Source: a virus. Taken from it: 64,000 nt of DNA. The notes below the pieces were generated by a model. The model was not told the origin of the DNA, made no database searches, and saw nothing but the letters and a program-made list of their open reading frames with translations. Shown here one piece after another: positions 17,739 to 26,342 of this stretch. Position 1 is the first letter of the stretch; every line of letters begins with the position of its first letter. A program made the position numbers and the translations under genes. Where the stretch lies: the IMG/VR virus record IMGVR_UViG_3300027782_004428, positions 26,000-89,999 of that record; one strand, 5' to 3'.

Positions 17739-17905
17739 AAGAAATTCCTATCTGATTGTTTGTGGTACTGGCGTGACCAGTACTCTACGTCTGATGCGCT
17801 GGCGATGCATTTGGTACTCAAATACTGTTCCAAGCGAGATTGGTAATTTTGCTTGGGGAACATCTCAGCAAGACGTTCTACTAATTGAATAAACATTTGT
17901 GACAT
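17735..17905 (-). CDS. DUF3563-like 56-aa protein (not in ORF track)
   Basis: MSQMFIQLVERLAEMFPKQNYQSRLEQYLSTKCIASASDVEYWSRQY...; AAGGAG RBS; TAAATA upstream. Confidence 0.6.
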   Translation of the reverse strand: MSQMFIQLVERLAEMFPKQNYQSRLEQYLSTKCIASASDVEYWSRQYHKQSDRNFL

Positions 17906-17940
17906 TTATTTTCTCCTTCTCAGTATTTACCATGAGACAA

Positions 17941-17955
17941 TGTTGCACCGCACAA
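17941..17955. promoter_or_regulatory. PhaR-type operator
   Basis: TGTTGCACCGCACAA, same TGC-N3-GCA core as 10194-10208. Confidence 0.5.
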
Positions 17956-18034
17956 AAACTCGTGGTTTCTACTGAGTTTAGTAACTGCTCACTAAACGGT
18001 TGACCAATAATTCACCTTTTGCTATAATACTTGT

Positions 18035-18451
18035 ATGCTTTACTTCGCTTATGGAATGAACACAAACCGGTCAGAAATGACCCATCGTTGCCCTGGGGCT
18101 CTGAGCCTGGGCCATGCCCGGCTGGTTGACCGTATATTTAGATTTGCAACCCACGCTGATGTGGTCAAGTGCAAAGGCTCCTATGTGGACGGAGTACTGT
18201 GGACCATTGATGATTTTCATCTAAACGCCCTGGATCGACTGGAAGGTTATCCCTACTACTACAACCGCAGAAGTCTCAGAGTGGCTCATGACAATCGTAT
18301 TGTCATGGCAGAAACCTACTTCATGCAACCGGGGAATCTGGATAGCCTGCCCAGTCAGGGCTATTTTGACATGGTGGTTGAGGGCTATAATCAGCACAAT
18401 ATACCCCTAGATCAGGTGTATAATAGTGTGTACGAAAGTACTACTTTTTAA
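18035..18451 (+). CDS. Gamma-glutamylcyclotransferase family protein
   Basis: YFAYGMN, GVLW, LDRLEGYP; leaderless after promoter 18000-18028. Confidence 0.88.
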   Translation: MLYFAYGMNTNRSEMTHRCPGALSLGHARLVDRIFRFATHADVVKCKGSYVDGVLWTIDDFHLNALDRLEGYPYYYNRRSLRVAHDNRIVMAETYFMQPGNLDSLPSQGYFDMVVEGYNQHNIPLDQVYNSVYESTTF

Positions 18452-18527
18452 CTAGTGCTATTTTGGTTGACCAATAATGGCTCTTTTGCTATAATATAGA
18501 CATAGAGTAACAAAACAGGAGTCCCAA

Positions 18528-18779
18528 ATGCGCCACGTAGCAGGTTTTAGTAACAGCACCAAAATTCGTTTTATCGTCAACGGTTTTGGCATGTACGGTA
18601 CTATCAACGATATCTACACAAAAACAGCCACAGTCACGCATGGTGCCGCTCTGCGACTGGCCATCCAAAAATTGGCTTACGATCGCCGTCGCAGTCCCTT
18701 TACAGGCGAAGGTCGTCCAGTGGGTGTGAACATCACCCACGAAGGACATGACGTGCAAATCACCTTGATGGCCAATTGA
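18528..18779 (+). CDS. Hypothetical early protein
   Basis: Promoter 18467-18495 and AGGAG RBS. Confidence 0.7.
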   Translation: MRHVAGFSNSTKIRFIVNGFGMYGTINDIYTKTATVTHGAALRLAIQKLAYDRRRSPFTGEGRPVGVNITHEGHDVQITLMAN

Positions 18780-18844
18780 TTTTGGTTGACCAGAATTCCC
18801 CGATTTGCTATAATATACACATAGACACACAAAAGGAGCCCCAA

Positions 18845-19123
18845 ATGTCATACGTAATTGTTGCAAAAGGTACTGGTTTAATCGTTACAGACGGTCCCAA
18901 CAAAACCCGTGCATACAAAACTTTTGGTGCCGCCAAGGCAACTCGTACCCGTCTCTGCCACAAAGCAGGTTGGAACGAAAGCCAACTGAACATTATTGCT
19001 CGCGACACTTACAAGTCTCCTAAAATAATTGTCAAGAATTTGATGAGTGGCAAGCCTGTAGAAATCGACGCAGACACCCCTTGGTGTTGCAACCCAGCCT
19101 CCGAAACTTACTGGAGCATGTGA
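18845..19123 (+). CDS. Hypothetical early protein
   Basis: Promoter 18786-18814, AAGGAG RBS; VKNLMSG...TPWCCNPASETYWSM. Confidence 0.75.
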   Translation: MSYVIVAKGTGLIVTDGPNKTRAYKTFGAAKATRTRLCHKAGWNESQLNIIARDTYKSPKIIVKNLMSGKPVEIDADTPWCCNPASETYWSM

Positions 19124-19275
19124 TGAACAAAGAAAATCAAGTTTGGACTATGAGTTGGACTCAGCCGTATTCAACTTGGCCCAAGTCAAAACCAGTAGAA
19201 CTCAAAGAATCTGAGATCACAGACTTTACTGAGGCTCGTGAAGTGCTGGCTCGTATCATGCAAAAGAGGACTTGA
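19123..19275 (+). CDS. Hypothetical protein
   Basis: TGATG overlap with the upstream stop. Confidence 0.5.
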   Translation: MNKENQVWTMSWTQPYSTWPKSKPVELKESEITDFTEAREVLARIMQKRT

Positions 19276-19478
19276 TCATGTGGACTGTGATTTTGATCTT
19301 GGCCACTGGCACACAAAATGTAGGACAATATTCCACTGCCCAGGCCTGTGAGGCCGCGGCCCTAAAGTTCCAGCAACAAAAGGTTGTGGCCGCATGTGTG
19401 CCACAAGAAACACCCGAACAAGGTCTGGTTCGCATGCAAGCCATTATGAAAACTTTGGTAGAAAGCATGCCCAAATGA
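19272..19478 (+). CDS. Small secreted Cys-pair protein
   Basis: Hydrophobic N-terminus; AQACEAA...AACV. Confidence 0.55.
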   Translation: MIMWTVILILATGTQNVGQYSTAQACEAAALKFQQQKVVAACVPQETPEQGLVRMQAIMKTLVESMPK

Positions 19479-19822
19479 AATGGTTTGCTGAAACAACTAA
19501 TTGGGAAGACTCCACCCCCAACGGCATCTACTTGCTGGATGATGGCAAGACCAAGATGTATGCGTTCCGGCCCTTTGGCACAGGTGAGATCAAAGTATTT
19601 AAAAACCCAATCCGCATTGATCTGCGTGGTCGTAAGTTTGTGATTAACTCTGTGCAATTCAAGACTGAGTTAAAAGAACCCAAACCCGAAGGTCGTGTGA
19701 TCGAAGTGCGTGGTAGCAAAGGTGACATTTATAAGGTAACTGATGTCAACGGCAATCTCTCTTGCACTTGTTCAGGTTTTCGATTCCGTGGAGACTGTAA
19801 ACACATCAAGGAGCTGGCATGA
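19475..19822 (+). CDS. SWIM zinc finger protein
   Basis: GSKGDIYKV...CTCSGFRFRGDCKHI. Confidence 0.8.
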   Translation: MKWFAETTNWEDSTPNGIYLLDDGKTKMYAFRPFGTGEIKVFKNPIRIDLRGRKFVINSVQFKTELKEPKPEGRVIEVRGSKGDIYKVTDVNGNLSCTCSGFRFRGDCKHIKELA

Positions 19823-20127
19823 AATATCTTGTGATTTTATTTTTAGCAGTGACCAATGTCTGGGCACAACCACAACCACAGGTGGGCAAGCATGACATGG
19901 TCTTCACAGCACAGCCCGCATATCCAGTCAAACGGGTAGAGTGGATTGTGACTGATCAGGTGGACGAAATGTGTCAAGGCTTTGCATCGCTTAGCCAGGG
20001 CCGCCGGTATGTTGCCTGCACCAAATTCAATGATGCTGTGTGTATAGTGTACACCAGACCCAATTTGACCTTGGCTGAGTTGGGACACGAAATGCGTCAT
20101 TGCTTTGAAGGCCATTGGCACCGATGA
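19819..20127 (+). CDS. Secreted zincin-like small protein
   Basis: Signal peptide; LGHEMRHC HExxH motif. Confidence 0.65.
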   Translation: MKYLVILFLAVTNVWAQPQPQVGKHDMVFTAQPAYPVKRVEWIVTDQVDEMCQGFASLSQGRRYVACTKFNDAVCIVYTRPNLTLAELGHEMRHCFEGHWHR

Positions 20128-20306
20128 AATACCTTGTGATTTTATTTTTGTTTGGTACGGCTGTGGCACAGACTGTAACCACTACTACCCAGACCATTCG
20201 TGAAGAAACAACCATCGTCACAGTGACTCAAAACGGAAGCACAACCACACAATCCAGTGTTCCAATTGTGTACCGGTGCAACGGGCGAACGTGCGTCAAG
20301 CCCTAG
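20124..20306 (+). CDS. Small secreted protein
   Basis: Signal peptide whose first 9 aa (MKYLVILFL) are identical to the upstream gene's. Confidence 0.55.
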   Translation: MKYLVILFLFGTAVAQTVTTTTQTIREETTIVTVTQNGSTTTQSSVPIVYRCNGRTCVKP

Positions 20307-20312
20307 CCACAA

Positions 20313-20341
20313 GAAAGCCCCTTTCGGGGCTTTCATCTTTT
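20313..20341. terminator. Bidirectional terminator between convergent genes
   Basis: GAAAGCCCC-TTTC-GGGGCTTTC. Confidence 0.8.
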
Positions 20342-20567
20342 ACGCAGCGTCTACAAACTTTTTAAGTTCTTCGGCCTTGACCACAATGTCCGTACTGGAC
20401 GGGAAATCGGGCATGGTTGGATAAGGAAGAGTTCCGCGATTGGCATCATTCAGTTTGGAATGATATTCGTCGCTTAGACTACTGCGTTTTTCGTAGACTG
20501 GCGCTTGAAGAATTTCCTTGGCCAAGGTCAAGAGTTCGAGACGGATCTCGTAAGGTGTTTTGCTCAT
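20340..20567 (-). CDS. Conserved phage protein (YEIRLELL family)
   Basis: AGGAG RBS; MSKTPYEIRLELL...FPSSTDIVVKAEELKKFV. Confidence 0.7.
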   Translation of the reverse strand: MSKTPYEIRLELLTLAKEILQAPVYEKRSSLSDEYHSKLNDANRGTLPYPTMPDFPSSTDIVVKAEELKKFVDAA

Positions 20568-20639
20568 GTTTTTCTCCTGTGTATGTGTGTGTCGTTCAAG
20601 TCCCGCCCTATGCAGGACAAGATTGCTACACGAGCACAA

Positions 20640-21071
20640 TTACTTATAGATGTAATTAACAGTGTCAGAATTTTCGCGGTAGATGCCTGCACCATTCTTC
20701 AAATGAAAACGTTTGGCCATCTCGGTCTTGGGACTGAGTGTAACGTAGGTATCAATGTCCGGAAATTCCGCTTTGATTGATTCTTGAGCTCGAACAATCA
20801 GTTCACGCCCTGCTCCAGACGCATACGACCAAATTGTGTAAAATACCGCAGTTTTGGCACTCCCGACCAACTCCACCAAGTCATCCACTGCTGCAGGAAT
20901 AGCATCCAAAAACTTTACACAGGTCACTGCACGAGTTTGGTCTCCATCTTTCAGCATGTATATTCGACTGTTCGAGTTCACACGGTCAGTCACAGGTATC
21001 TCAGGGCGCACTGGGTCGTCCTTTAGGAGATTGACAATTTCGTCGGTAATACTTGTGATGGTGTGTAACAT
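20640..21071 (-). CDS. GNAT-fold protein resembling the malonyl-CoA decarboxylase catalytic domain
   Basis: TAVFYTIWS..SGAGRELI...EFPDIDTYVTLSP, compared with MCD TAxFYSIS...LI...EFP...TLSP. Confidence 0.5.
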   Translation of the reverse strand: MLHTITSITDEIVNLLKDDPVRPEIPVTDRVNSNSRIYMLKDGDQTRAVTCVKFLDAIPAAVDDLVELVGSAKTAVFYTIWSYASGAGRELIVRAQESIKAEFPDIDTYVTLSPKTEMAKRFHLKNGAGIYRENSDTVNYIYK

Positions 21072-21138
21072 AATACGCTCTTTATATGCTTGTAAACCTA
21101 TTTATCAAACACACGTAGAAAAAGAAAAACAGGGCCTT

Positions 21139-21405
21139 TCAGCCCTGCACTTCTTGATACTTTTGTAAAGCCCGTACCCTGGCCACGAGTAATCTAATCT
21201 TCACATAGTCACTGAGTTCGTCGTCATCCAGTTCTGGTTGAAATGGTTGAACCCTGGGCTTACGTGCCAGACTAGAACACAGGAATTCATCATCCGGTGC
21301 ATCGTATGGGTTGGTACCCTGCAACCGGATTGATGTAAACCGGTTGGGATTACTTCTTAGTAGTTTCGGCTTTGGCGGCAGGCGTACCCGTTGTGCTTTT
21401 GGCAT
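21139..21405 (-). CDS. Hypothetical protein, start unclear
   Basis: Plausible C-terminus DDDELSDYVKIRLLVARVRALQKY; frame overlaps the upstream gene. Confidence 0.35.
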   Translation of the reverse strand: MPKAQRVRLPPKPKLLRSNPNRFTSIRLQGTNPYDAPDDEFLCSSLARKPRVQPFQPELDDDELSDYVKIRLLVARVRALQKYQEVQG

Positions 21406-21550
21406 CAGCCTTGGCAGGAGTACTGGCTGCTGTAGCAGGCGCAGTAACAGCAGGCTTGGCTTCTACTTTCTTTTCTTCTTTCTTGGGTGCATCTGCGGCA
21501 AACACAGAAACGGCAAACACGGTAGCGATGAGAGCGATAAATTGTTTCAT
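21350..21550 (-). CDS. Secreted Ala/Lys/Pro-rich small protein
   Basis: AAGGAG RBS; signal peptide ending VFA; low-complexity mature part. Confidence 0.7.
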   Translation of the reverse strand: MKQFIALIATVFAVSVFAADAPKKEEKKVEAKPAVTAPATAASTPAKADAKSTTGTPAAKAETTKK

Positions 21551-21733
21551 AGTAATCTCCTTTGATTTGAAACTATAGCAAGAACCTTCCTGCTATACAT
21601 ATACAACGCCATAGCCCTGCAAAAGGTTGACACAGTCTGGCAATGTTGCCAAAACATATTGCGATTGTGTGACAACTGTCTTATAATACTTAAATGCTGT
21701 ACGCAACGGCTACTACTATGAAAGGTAAAAAAT

Positions 21734-22000
21734 ATGCGTTTTAATCCAGAAACTAAGACTTACAAAGTGTTCAATGCACTTTACAACGGCGAGACTTTGA
21801 CTCCATCAGAAGCAAAGAAGCGTTTTGGCGTGGGTAACTTGAGTGCTGAAGCCAGCCGCATCCGTGCTGCCGGTTTTGCTGTTTACTCAAACAGCCGCAC
21901 CGCCGGTAACGGTGTCAAGGTTACAGAATATGTAATTGGCAAGCCAAGCCGCAAAATTGTAGCCGCTGGTTACAAAGCAATGGCCATGGGCCTGGTCTAA
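21734..22000 (+). CDS. Winged-HTH DNA-binding phage protein
   Basis: GETLTPSEAKKRFGVGNLSAEASRIRAAGFAVYSN. Confidence 0.7.
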   Translation: MRFNPETKTYKVFNALYNGETLTPSEAKKRFGVGNLSAEASRIRAAGFAVYSNSRTAGNGVKVTEYVIGKPSRKIVAAGYKAMAMGLV

Positions 22001-22038
22001 AATTTAGACACGCTGTCCAATTCAGACTGGACACATTG

Positions 22039-22070
22039 AAAAACCCTGCCCACGGTAGGGTTTTTTCTTT
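22039..22070 (+). terminator. Rho-independent terminator
   Basis: AAAAACCCTGCC-CAC-GGTAGGGTTTTTT. Confidence 0.75.
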
Positions 22071-22079
22071 AAATATCCC

Positions 22080-22970
22080 ATGCACATAGAACCCACCAGC
22101 AGATGCACTTTATCTTGTCCAGCCTGTCCTAGAACATGGTTTTCTGACAGATTAAATCGCGCATTTCCCAAACAAGATTTAGACTTAGATCATCTTGAAC
22201 ATTTTTTGGATTGCAAAAGCGGTCATCAAATCAAATCATTCATGCTCAATGGCAATCATGGTGATCCGATTTATTATCCTGATCTTTTGCCCCTGATAGC
22301 TCGATTTAGAAATACCAAATCATTTAAAATCAGCACCAATGGCAGTTACCAAACACCAAAATTCTGGCAAGAGTTATCAAACCAGTTAACAGACAAAGAC
22401 ACTGTGTTTTTTAGCATCGATGGACTTGAGCACAACAATCATTTGTATCGAAAAAACAGTGACTGGAAATCAATCATGCAAGGACTGGAAATCATGTCTC
22501 AGGGTCCGGCTCGCGTGGTTTGGAAAACTCTGATATTTTCTTATAACGCAAATGAACTAGATCAAATTCAAGATGTTGCACACAGTCGCGGGGTAGAATT
22601 CATTGCCGAATCAACCAGCAGATTTGGCGATGATGCCTTGGTCCCGGATACCCACCTGATTGATACCAGTCGTTTGTACAAAAATATTCAAGAACAAGTA
22701 ACCATCCAACCACAGTGTAGCACACAAGAATATATTTCAGCAGATGGATACTATTGGCCGTGTTGTCTAATCACTTCAATGTTTACTTTACATAAAACAG
22801 AATTATGGAAACAAAGGAAAAATTGGGCTATTCAAAATCAGACGTTAGATCAAACTAGGTTACATTTGAACCACTGGAAACAATCTATTTTGGACAGCCC
22901 AGAGACTGCGCATGATGTGTGTAAAATGAGTTGTAAACCAGGTCAGGAATTTGGTTGGTCCAAAATGTGA
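22080..22970 (+). CDS. Radical SAM protein with C-terminal SPASM/twitch-like Cys motifs
   Basis: CTLSCPAC, GNHGDP, STNGS, FSIDG, YWPCC; TAAATA-N4-ATG. Confidence 0.85.
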   Translation: MHIEPTSRCTLSCPACPRTWFSDRLNRAFPKQDLDLDHLEHFLDCKSGHQIKSFMLNGNHGDPIYYPDLLPLIARFRNTKSFKISTNGSYQTPKFWQELSNQLTDKDTVFFSIDGLEHNNHLYRKNSDWKSIMQGLEIMSQGPARVVWKTLIFSYNANELDQIQDVAHSRGVEFIAESTSRFGDDALVPDTHLIDTSRLYKNIQEQVTIQPQCSTQEYISADGYYWPCCLITSMFTLHKTELWKQRKNWAIQNQTLDQTRLHLNHWKQSILDSPETAHDVCKMSCKPGQEFGWSKM

Positions 22971-23005
22971 TTGACCAATTATTCTAGATCCTGTATAATA
23001 ACTAT

Positions 23006-23458
23006 ATGCTTAAAAAACTCTTTCAACGCTGGGGACGGTACCGTGTGATCATGGACCGTGTGGAAAACGAACCCTATCTGGAACGCTACTACGTGTTCCT
23101 CAAGGATAGAAATAGATTTCCATTCAATGTTTTTGTACACAAGTTTCTCAAGAGTGACCCCGATGACGTGCATGACCATCCTTGGCCGTTCCTGACCGTA
23201 ATCCTTCGGGGCGGCTACTGGGAATGGAGACCGCAATTCAACTCAAAAGGCGCCAAGGTTAGCGAAATTGCCAAATGGTGTGGTCCTGGTAGCGTCCGTT
23301 GGGCCAGTGCCAGTCAGTATCACAGAGTAGAACTAGACCCAGATGTCACATGTTGGACCTTGTTCTGCCCTGGCATCAAACAACGTGATTGGGGATTCCT
23401 GGTCCAGAACCAGTGGGTGCAGTGGGAACAATATTTAAAGCAAAGGAAAACAGTATGA
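23006..23458 (+). CDS. Cupin-like phage protein
   Basis: HKFLKSD...HDHPW...GGYWE...HRVEL...WTLF...WGF; leaderless after promoter 22971-22999. Confidence 0.7.
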   Translation: MLKKLFQRWGRYRVIMDRVENEPYLERYYVFLKDRNRFPFNVFVHKFLKSDPDDVHDHPWPFLTVILRGGYWEWRPQFNSKGAKVSEIAKWCGPGSVRWASASQYHRVELDPDVTCWTLFCPGIKQRDWGFLVQNQWVQWEQYLKQRKTV

Positions 23459-23760
23459 ATTGGTTAAAACGTTGGTTGGCCCGAGCAGTGGTTGAAGGCC
23501 ATGAAGACTCTTCTGATCGGTCAGATCGTATATACGGAACTTTGGCCAGCACCAAAAAACGTGCCGTTGGGCAAGATGTTGAAAGCGATGAAGGACTCAA
23601 CATCACAGTACGCAAGGCCATTGGTGGCAGGATTGTGACGTTTAGGCACTATGATGCCAAAACTGACCGCCACAATCACCGGCTGTATGTAATCCCCGAA
23701 GAGCTTGACTTTGAGCGAGAATTGGGCAAGATGATCACCCTAGAATCCATGAGAGGCTGA
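23455..23760 (+). CDS. Hypothetical protein
   Basis: ATGA-type overlap; AIGGRIV motif. Confidence 0.6.
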   Translation: MNWLKRWLARAVVEGHEDSSDRSDRIYGTLASTKKRAVGQDVESDEGLNITVRKAIGGRIVTFRHYDAKTDRHNHRLYVIPEELDFERELGKMITLESMRG

Positions 23761-23773
23761 AAGTAAATACACT

Positions 23774-24130
23774 ATGGAACTAATAAATTTTATACTTGAT
23801 CTTGTGTTTTGGGGCATGGTGTCCTGGTTCGTGTTTACCTGGTTGGTGAGTCGTTATTTGGAGTCACGCCAGGTTGATTCGGTGGTACATGATCTTGATC
23901 AGGAACGGCTGATCCCACTCACAGTAGAGGTTGACCAAAATCAATATTTCTGCTACAATAGTATTACTAAGGCATTTGTGTGCCAAGGTTACAGTTTGAA
24001 GGAAATTGTAGAACGTTTTAAACAACTGTATCCAGAAAAGGCAGCCGCCATTTATGACGGCGACGAAACAGCAGTACGTATACTTAAATCACAATTGAAA
24101 GAACTAGATGAAAATCGCAATAGCATCTGA
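23774..24130 (+). CDS. Membrane-anchored hypothetical protein
   Basis: N-terminal TM; TAAATA-N4-ATG; internal promoter TTGACC(23931)-N17-TACAAT. Confidence 0.65.
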   Translation: MELINFILDLVFWGMVSWFVFTWLVSRYLESRQVDSVVHDLDQERLIPLTVEVDQNQYFCYNSITKAFVCQGYSLKEIVERFKQLYPEKAAAIYDGDETAVRILKSQLKELDENRNSI

Positions 24131-25031
24131 CCTCCATCTTGAATTTGGTGACCTTGAAATCACCAATGACAATCAGGCTGATGTGTTGATCTTGAGCGGC
24201 GACATCCTTGTTGCCAAAGACATCACACAACGTGATCCTCATGGCGTGATGGGCCCAGAATATCGTAGCAATCGTTTTCATGATTTCATGCAACGATGCT
24301 CGGCACAATTCCCACACGTTATCTACATATTGGGTAACCATGAGCACTACCATGGTGACTTTGCCAATACAGAAAAACACCTGAAGGAAGTGCTGGGCTA
24401 CTTGTCCAACGTGTACATTCTAGAACGTGAGATCAAGGCAATCGATGATGTTACTTTTATTGGTGGCACATTGTGGACCGACATGAACAACGGTGATGAA
24501 CTTACTTTGTATCACATGAAGACCATGATGAACGACTTTGTTTGTGTGCAAAACTCTAACCGGGTTGTGAACTACCGAGCAGATGTTCTTAAAGACAAGC
24601 CAGTGGGCATGACTGACGACGAATTTTTGATGTTGCCCACTTGTGATCGATTCAAAACAGTGTTCAAGACTCGTACTGCAAAATTTCAGCCCGAAGATGC
24701 GGCGGCGGAGCATGCTCAGACCAAAGGCTACATTCAGCAAATTATTGAAGGCAAACCAGATCAAAAGTTTGTGGTAGTGGGACACCATGCTCCAAGCCGC
24801 AAAAGCACACATGAAATGTATGTTAAAGATACTGTCATGAACGGTGGTTACAGTAGCAACATGGACGAGTTTATCATGGATCATCCACAGATTCGACTGT
24901 GGACACATGGACACACGCATCATGTGTTTGACTATGTGATTGGTGAAACCCGTGTGGTTTGCAATCCACGCGGTTATATTAACTATGAAGCGAGGGCAAG
25001 TGAATGGAAACTCCTGACCGTGGATATCTAG
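24108..25031 (+). CDS. Calcineurin-like metallophosphoesterase
   Basis: SDLHLE, SGDI, GNHEHY, GGTLWTD, GHHAPS, HGHTH, CNPRGY. Confidence 0.9.
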   Translation: MKIAIASDLHLEFGDLEITNDNQADVLILSGDILVAKDITQRDPHGVMGPEYRSNRFHDFMQRCSAQFPHVIYILGNHEHYHGDFANTEKHLKEVLGYLSNVYILEREIKAIDDVTFIGGTLWTDMNNGDELTLYHMKTMMNDFVCVQNSNRVVNYRADVLKDKPVGMTDDEFLMLPTCDRFKTVFKTRTAKFQPEDAAAEHAQTKGYIQQIIEGKPDQKFVVVGHHAPSRKSTHEMYVKDTVMNGGYSSNMDEFIMDHPQIRLWTHGHTHHVFDYVIGETRVVCNPRGYINYEARASEWKLLTVDI

Positions 25032-25210
25032 ACTGGTTTCGATACAGTGGGATCAGTGTTATCGTTACACTGAACCCACTGCATTGGCGTTTGATTCCTG
25101 GTGCCAGACGTGAATATAACGATGGTTGGCCCAGCCCCAATGAACGCACCTGGAGCGTGAGTTGGTTGTTCTTGACCATACGTGGTTGGGTAGACAATGG
25201 TGATTGGTAA
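25004..25210 (+). CDS. Hypothetical protein
   Basis: Fits the operon; Trp-rich. Confidence 0.5.
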   Translation: METPDRGYLDWFRYSGISVIVTLNPLHWRLIPGARREYNDGWPSPNERTWSVSWLFLTIRGWVDNGDW

Positions 25211-25362
25211 TGCGAGAGCATGCGGAGTGGATCATACTCTCGGTGCTGATCCTGTTGTCTTATCTCAACAACTCTGAAATGGGTCTAGATCGTGAACGTG
25301 CAGAATTGGCTAGACTACGAGACTCAAGTGGATACTTAATACGATATGAACCAACAGACTAA
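25210..25362 (+). CDS. 50-aa single-TM protein (not in ORF track)
   Basis: TAATG overlap; MREHAEWIILSVLILLSYLNN... Confidence 0.45.
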   Translation: MREHAEWIILSVLILLSYLNNSEMGLDRERAELARLRDSSGYLIRYEPTD

Positions 25363-25618
25363 ACAACTAGCAGAACAGGCAGGCTTTGTTCTAGATGACT
25401 TACCGGACACGGTACTACAGCCATTGGAAACATTTGCTGATCTATTGCGAGCCTCCAACACTCGTGAAGTGGTTGCATTGTGCGCCAACACAATCAACCG
25501 CAACCTCAATGAGCAAAAGCAAAAAACAAAACATCGTTGGGAAATCGTAGAAGCTGTGGTGATCGTAACAGCAATGATAGCCTGGGCCACCTGGTGGTAC
25601 ACTCAGTCACACACTTAA
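25346..25618 (+). CDS. Hypothetical protein with C-terminal TM
   Basis: KQLAEQAGF...LETFADLL pattern. Confidence 0.6.
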   Translation: MNQQTKQLAEQAGFVLDDLPDTVLQPLETFADLLRASNTREVVALCANTINRNLNEQKQKTKHRWEIVEAVVIVTAMIAWATWWYTQSHT

Positions 25619-25628
25619 AGGATAAAAC

Positions 25629-26342
25629 ATGAAAGTATACATTAGCAAATATCGAGATCACTGGATCTCACCTTACACCATGTTGGACTATGCATTCTTT
25701 TGGACCGACTGGAGCAAGTGCAGTCGTGACCGGCGTATTCGCAGTCTTGAAGAAGAAAGCAAATATATAGAACATCCAGAGTGGGTAGAACGCTGGAGCG
25801 ATCGCCTGACTCCGGTTAGCCAAGTGATCCAGTGGGTATGGGACCGTGTGCATCCTCCCATCAACTATATAAAAATTGATCACTACGATACCTGGAGCAT
25901 GGATTATACTTTGAGTCCCATTATACTGCCCATGCTGAAACAGCTCAAAGAAGCCAAGCACGGTGCTCCGTTTGTGGATGATGAAGATGTGCCTGATCAT
26001 TTGAAATCCACAGCCGCACCTGCCAAAGAAAACGAGTGGGACACTGATGCCAATCACTTTGCTCGTTGGGATTGGGCCATGGACGAAATGATCTTTGCGT
26101 TTGAATGCAAAACAGATGACCTCTGGGAAGAGGCTTTCCGTGAAGGAGAGATTGACATGCTGTGGGTGCCTGTGGACAAGGACGGCAATGAAGTACCCAA
26201 AGGTGAGCACCGGTACTATCAAATGAAAGACGGTCCTAAAAATACCTACAAGTGCGATTACGAAGGAATGAAAGTGGTTGAAGCACGTATCCAAAACGGC
26301 TTCCGTTTGTTCGGCAAGTATTATCAAGCACTGTGGGATTGA
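25629..26342 (+). CDS. Conserved hypothetical phage protein
   Basis: AAGGA RBS; YDTWSMD, GFRLFGKYYQALWD. Confidence 0.75.
   Translation: MKVYISKYRDHWISPYTMLDYAFFWTDWSKCSRDRRIRSLEEESKYIEHPEWVERWSDRLTPVSQVIQWVWDRVHPPINYIKIDHYDTWSMDYTLSPIILPMLKQLKEAKHGAPFVDDEDVPDHLKSTAAPAKENEWDTDANHFARWDWAMDEMIFAFECKTDDLWEEAFREGEIDMLWVPVDKDGNEVPKGEHRYYQMKDGPKNTYKCDYEGMKVVEARIQNGFRLFGKYYQALWD

Noticed and set aside
21995-22035. Two extra hairpins before the terminator at 22039
   Set aside because: They are short stems with no other support; probably 3' UTR stabilising structure.
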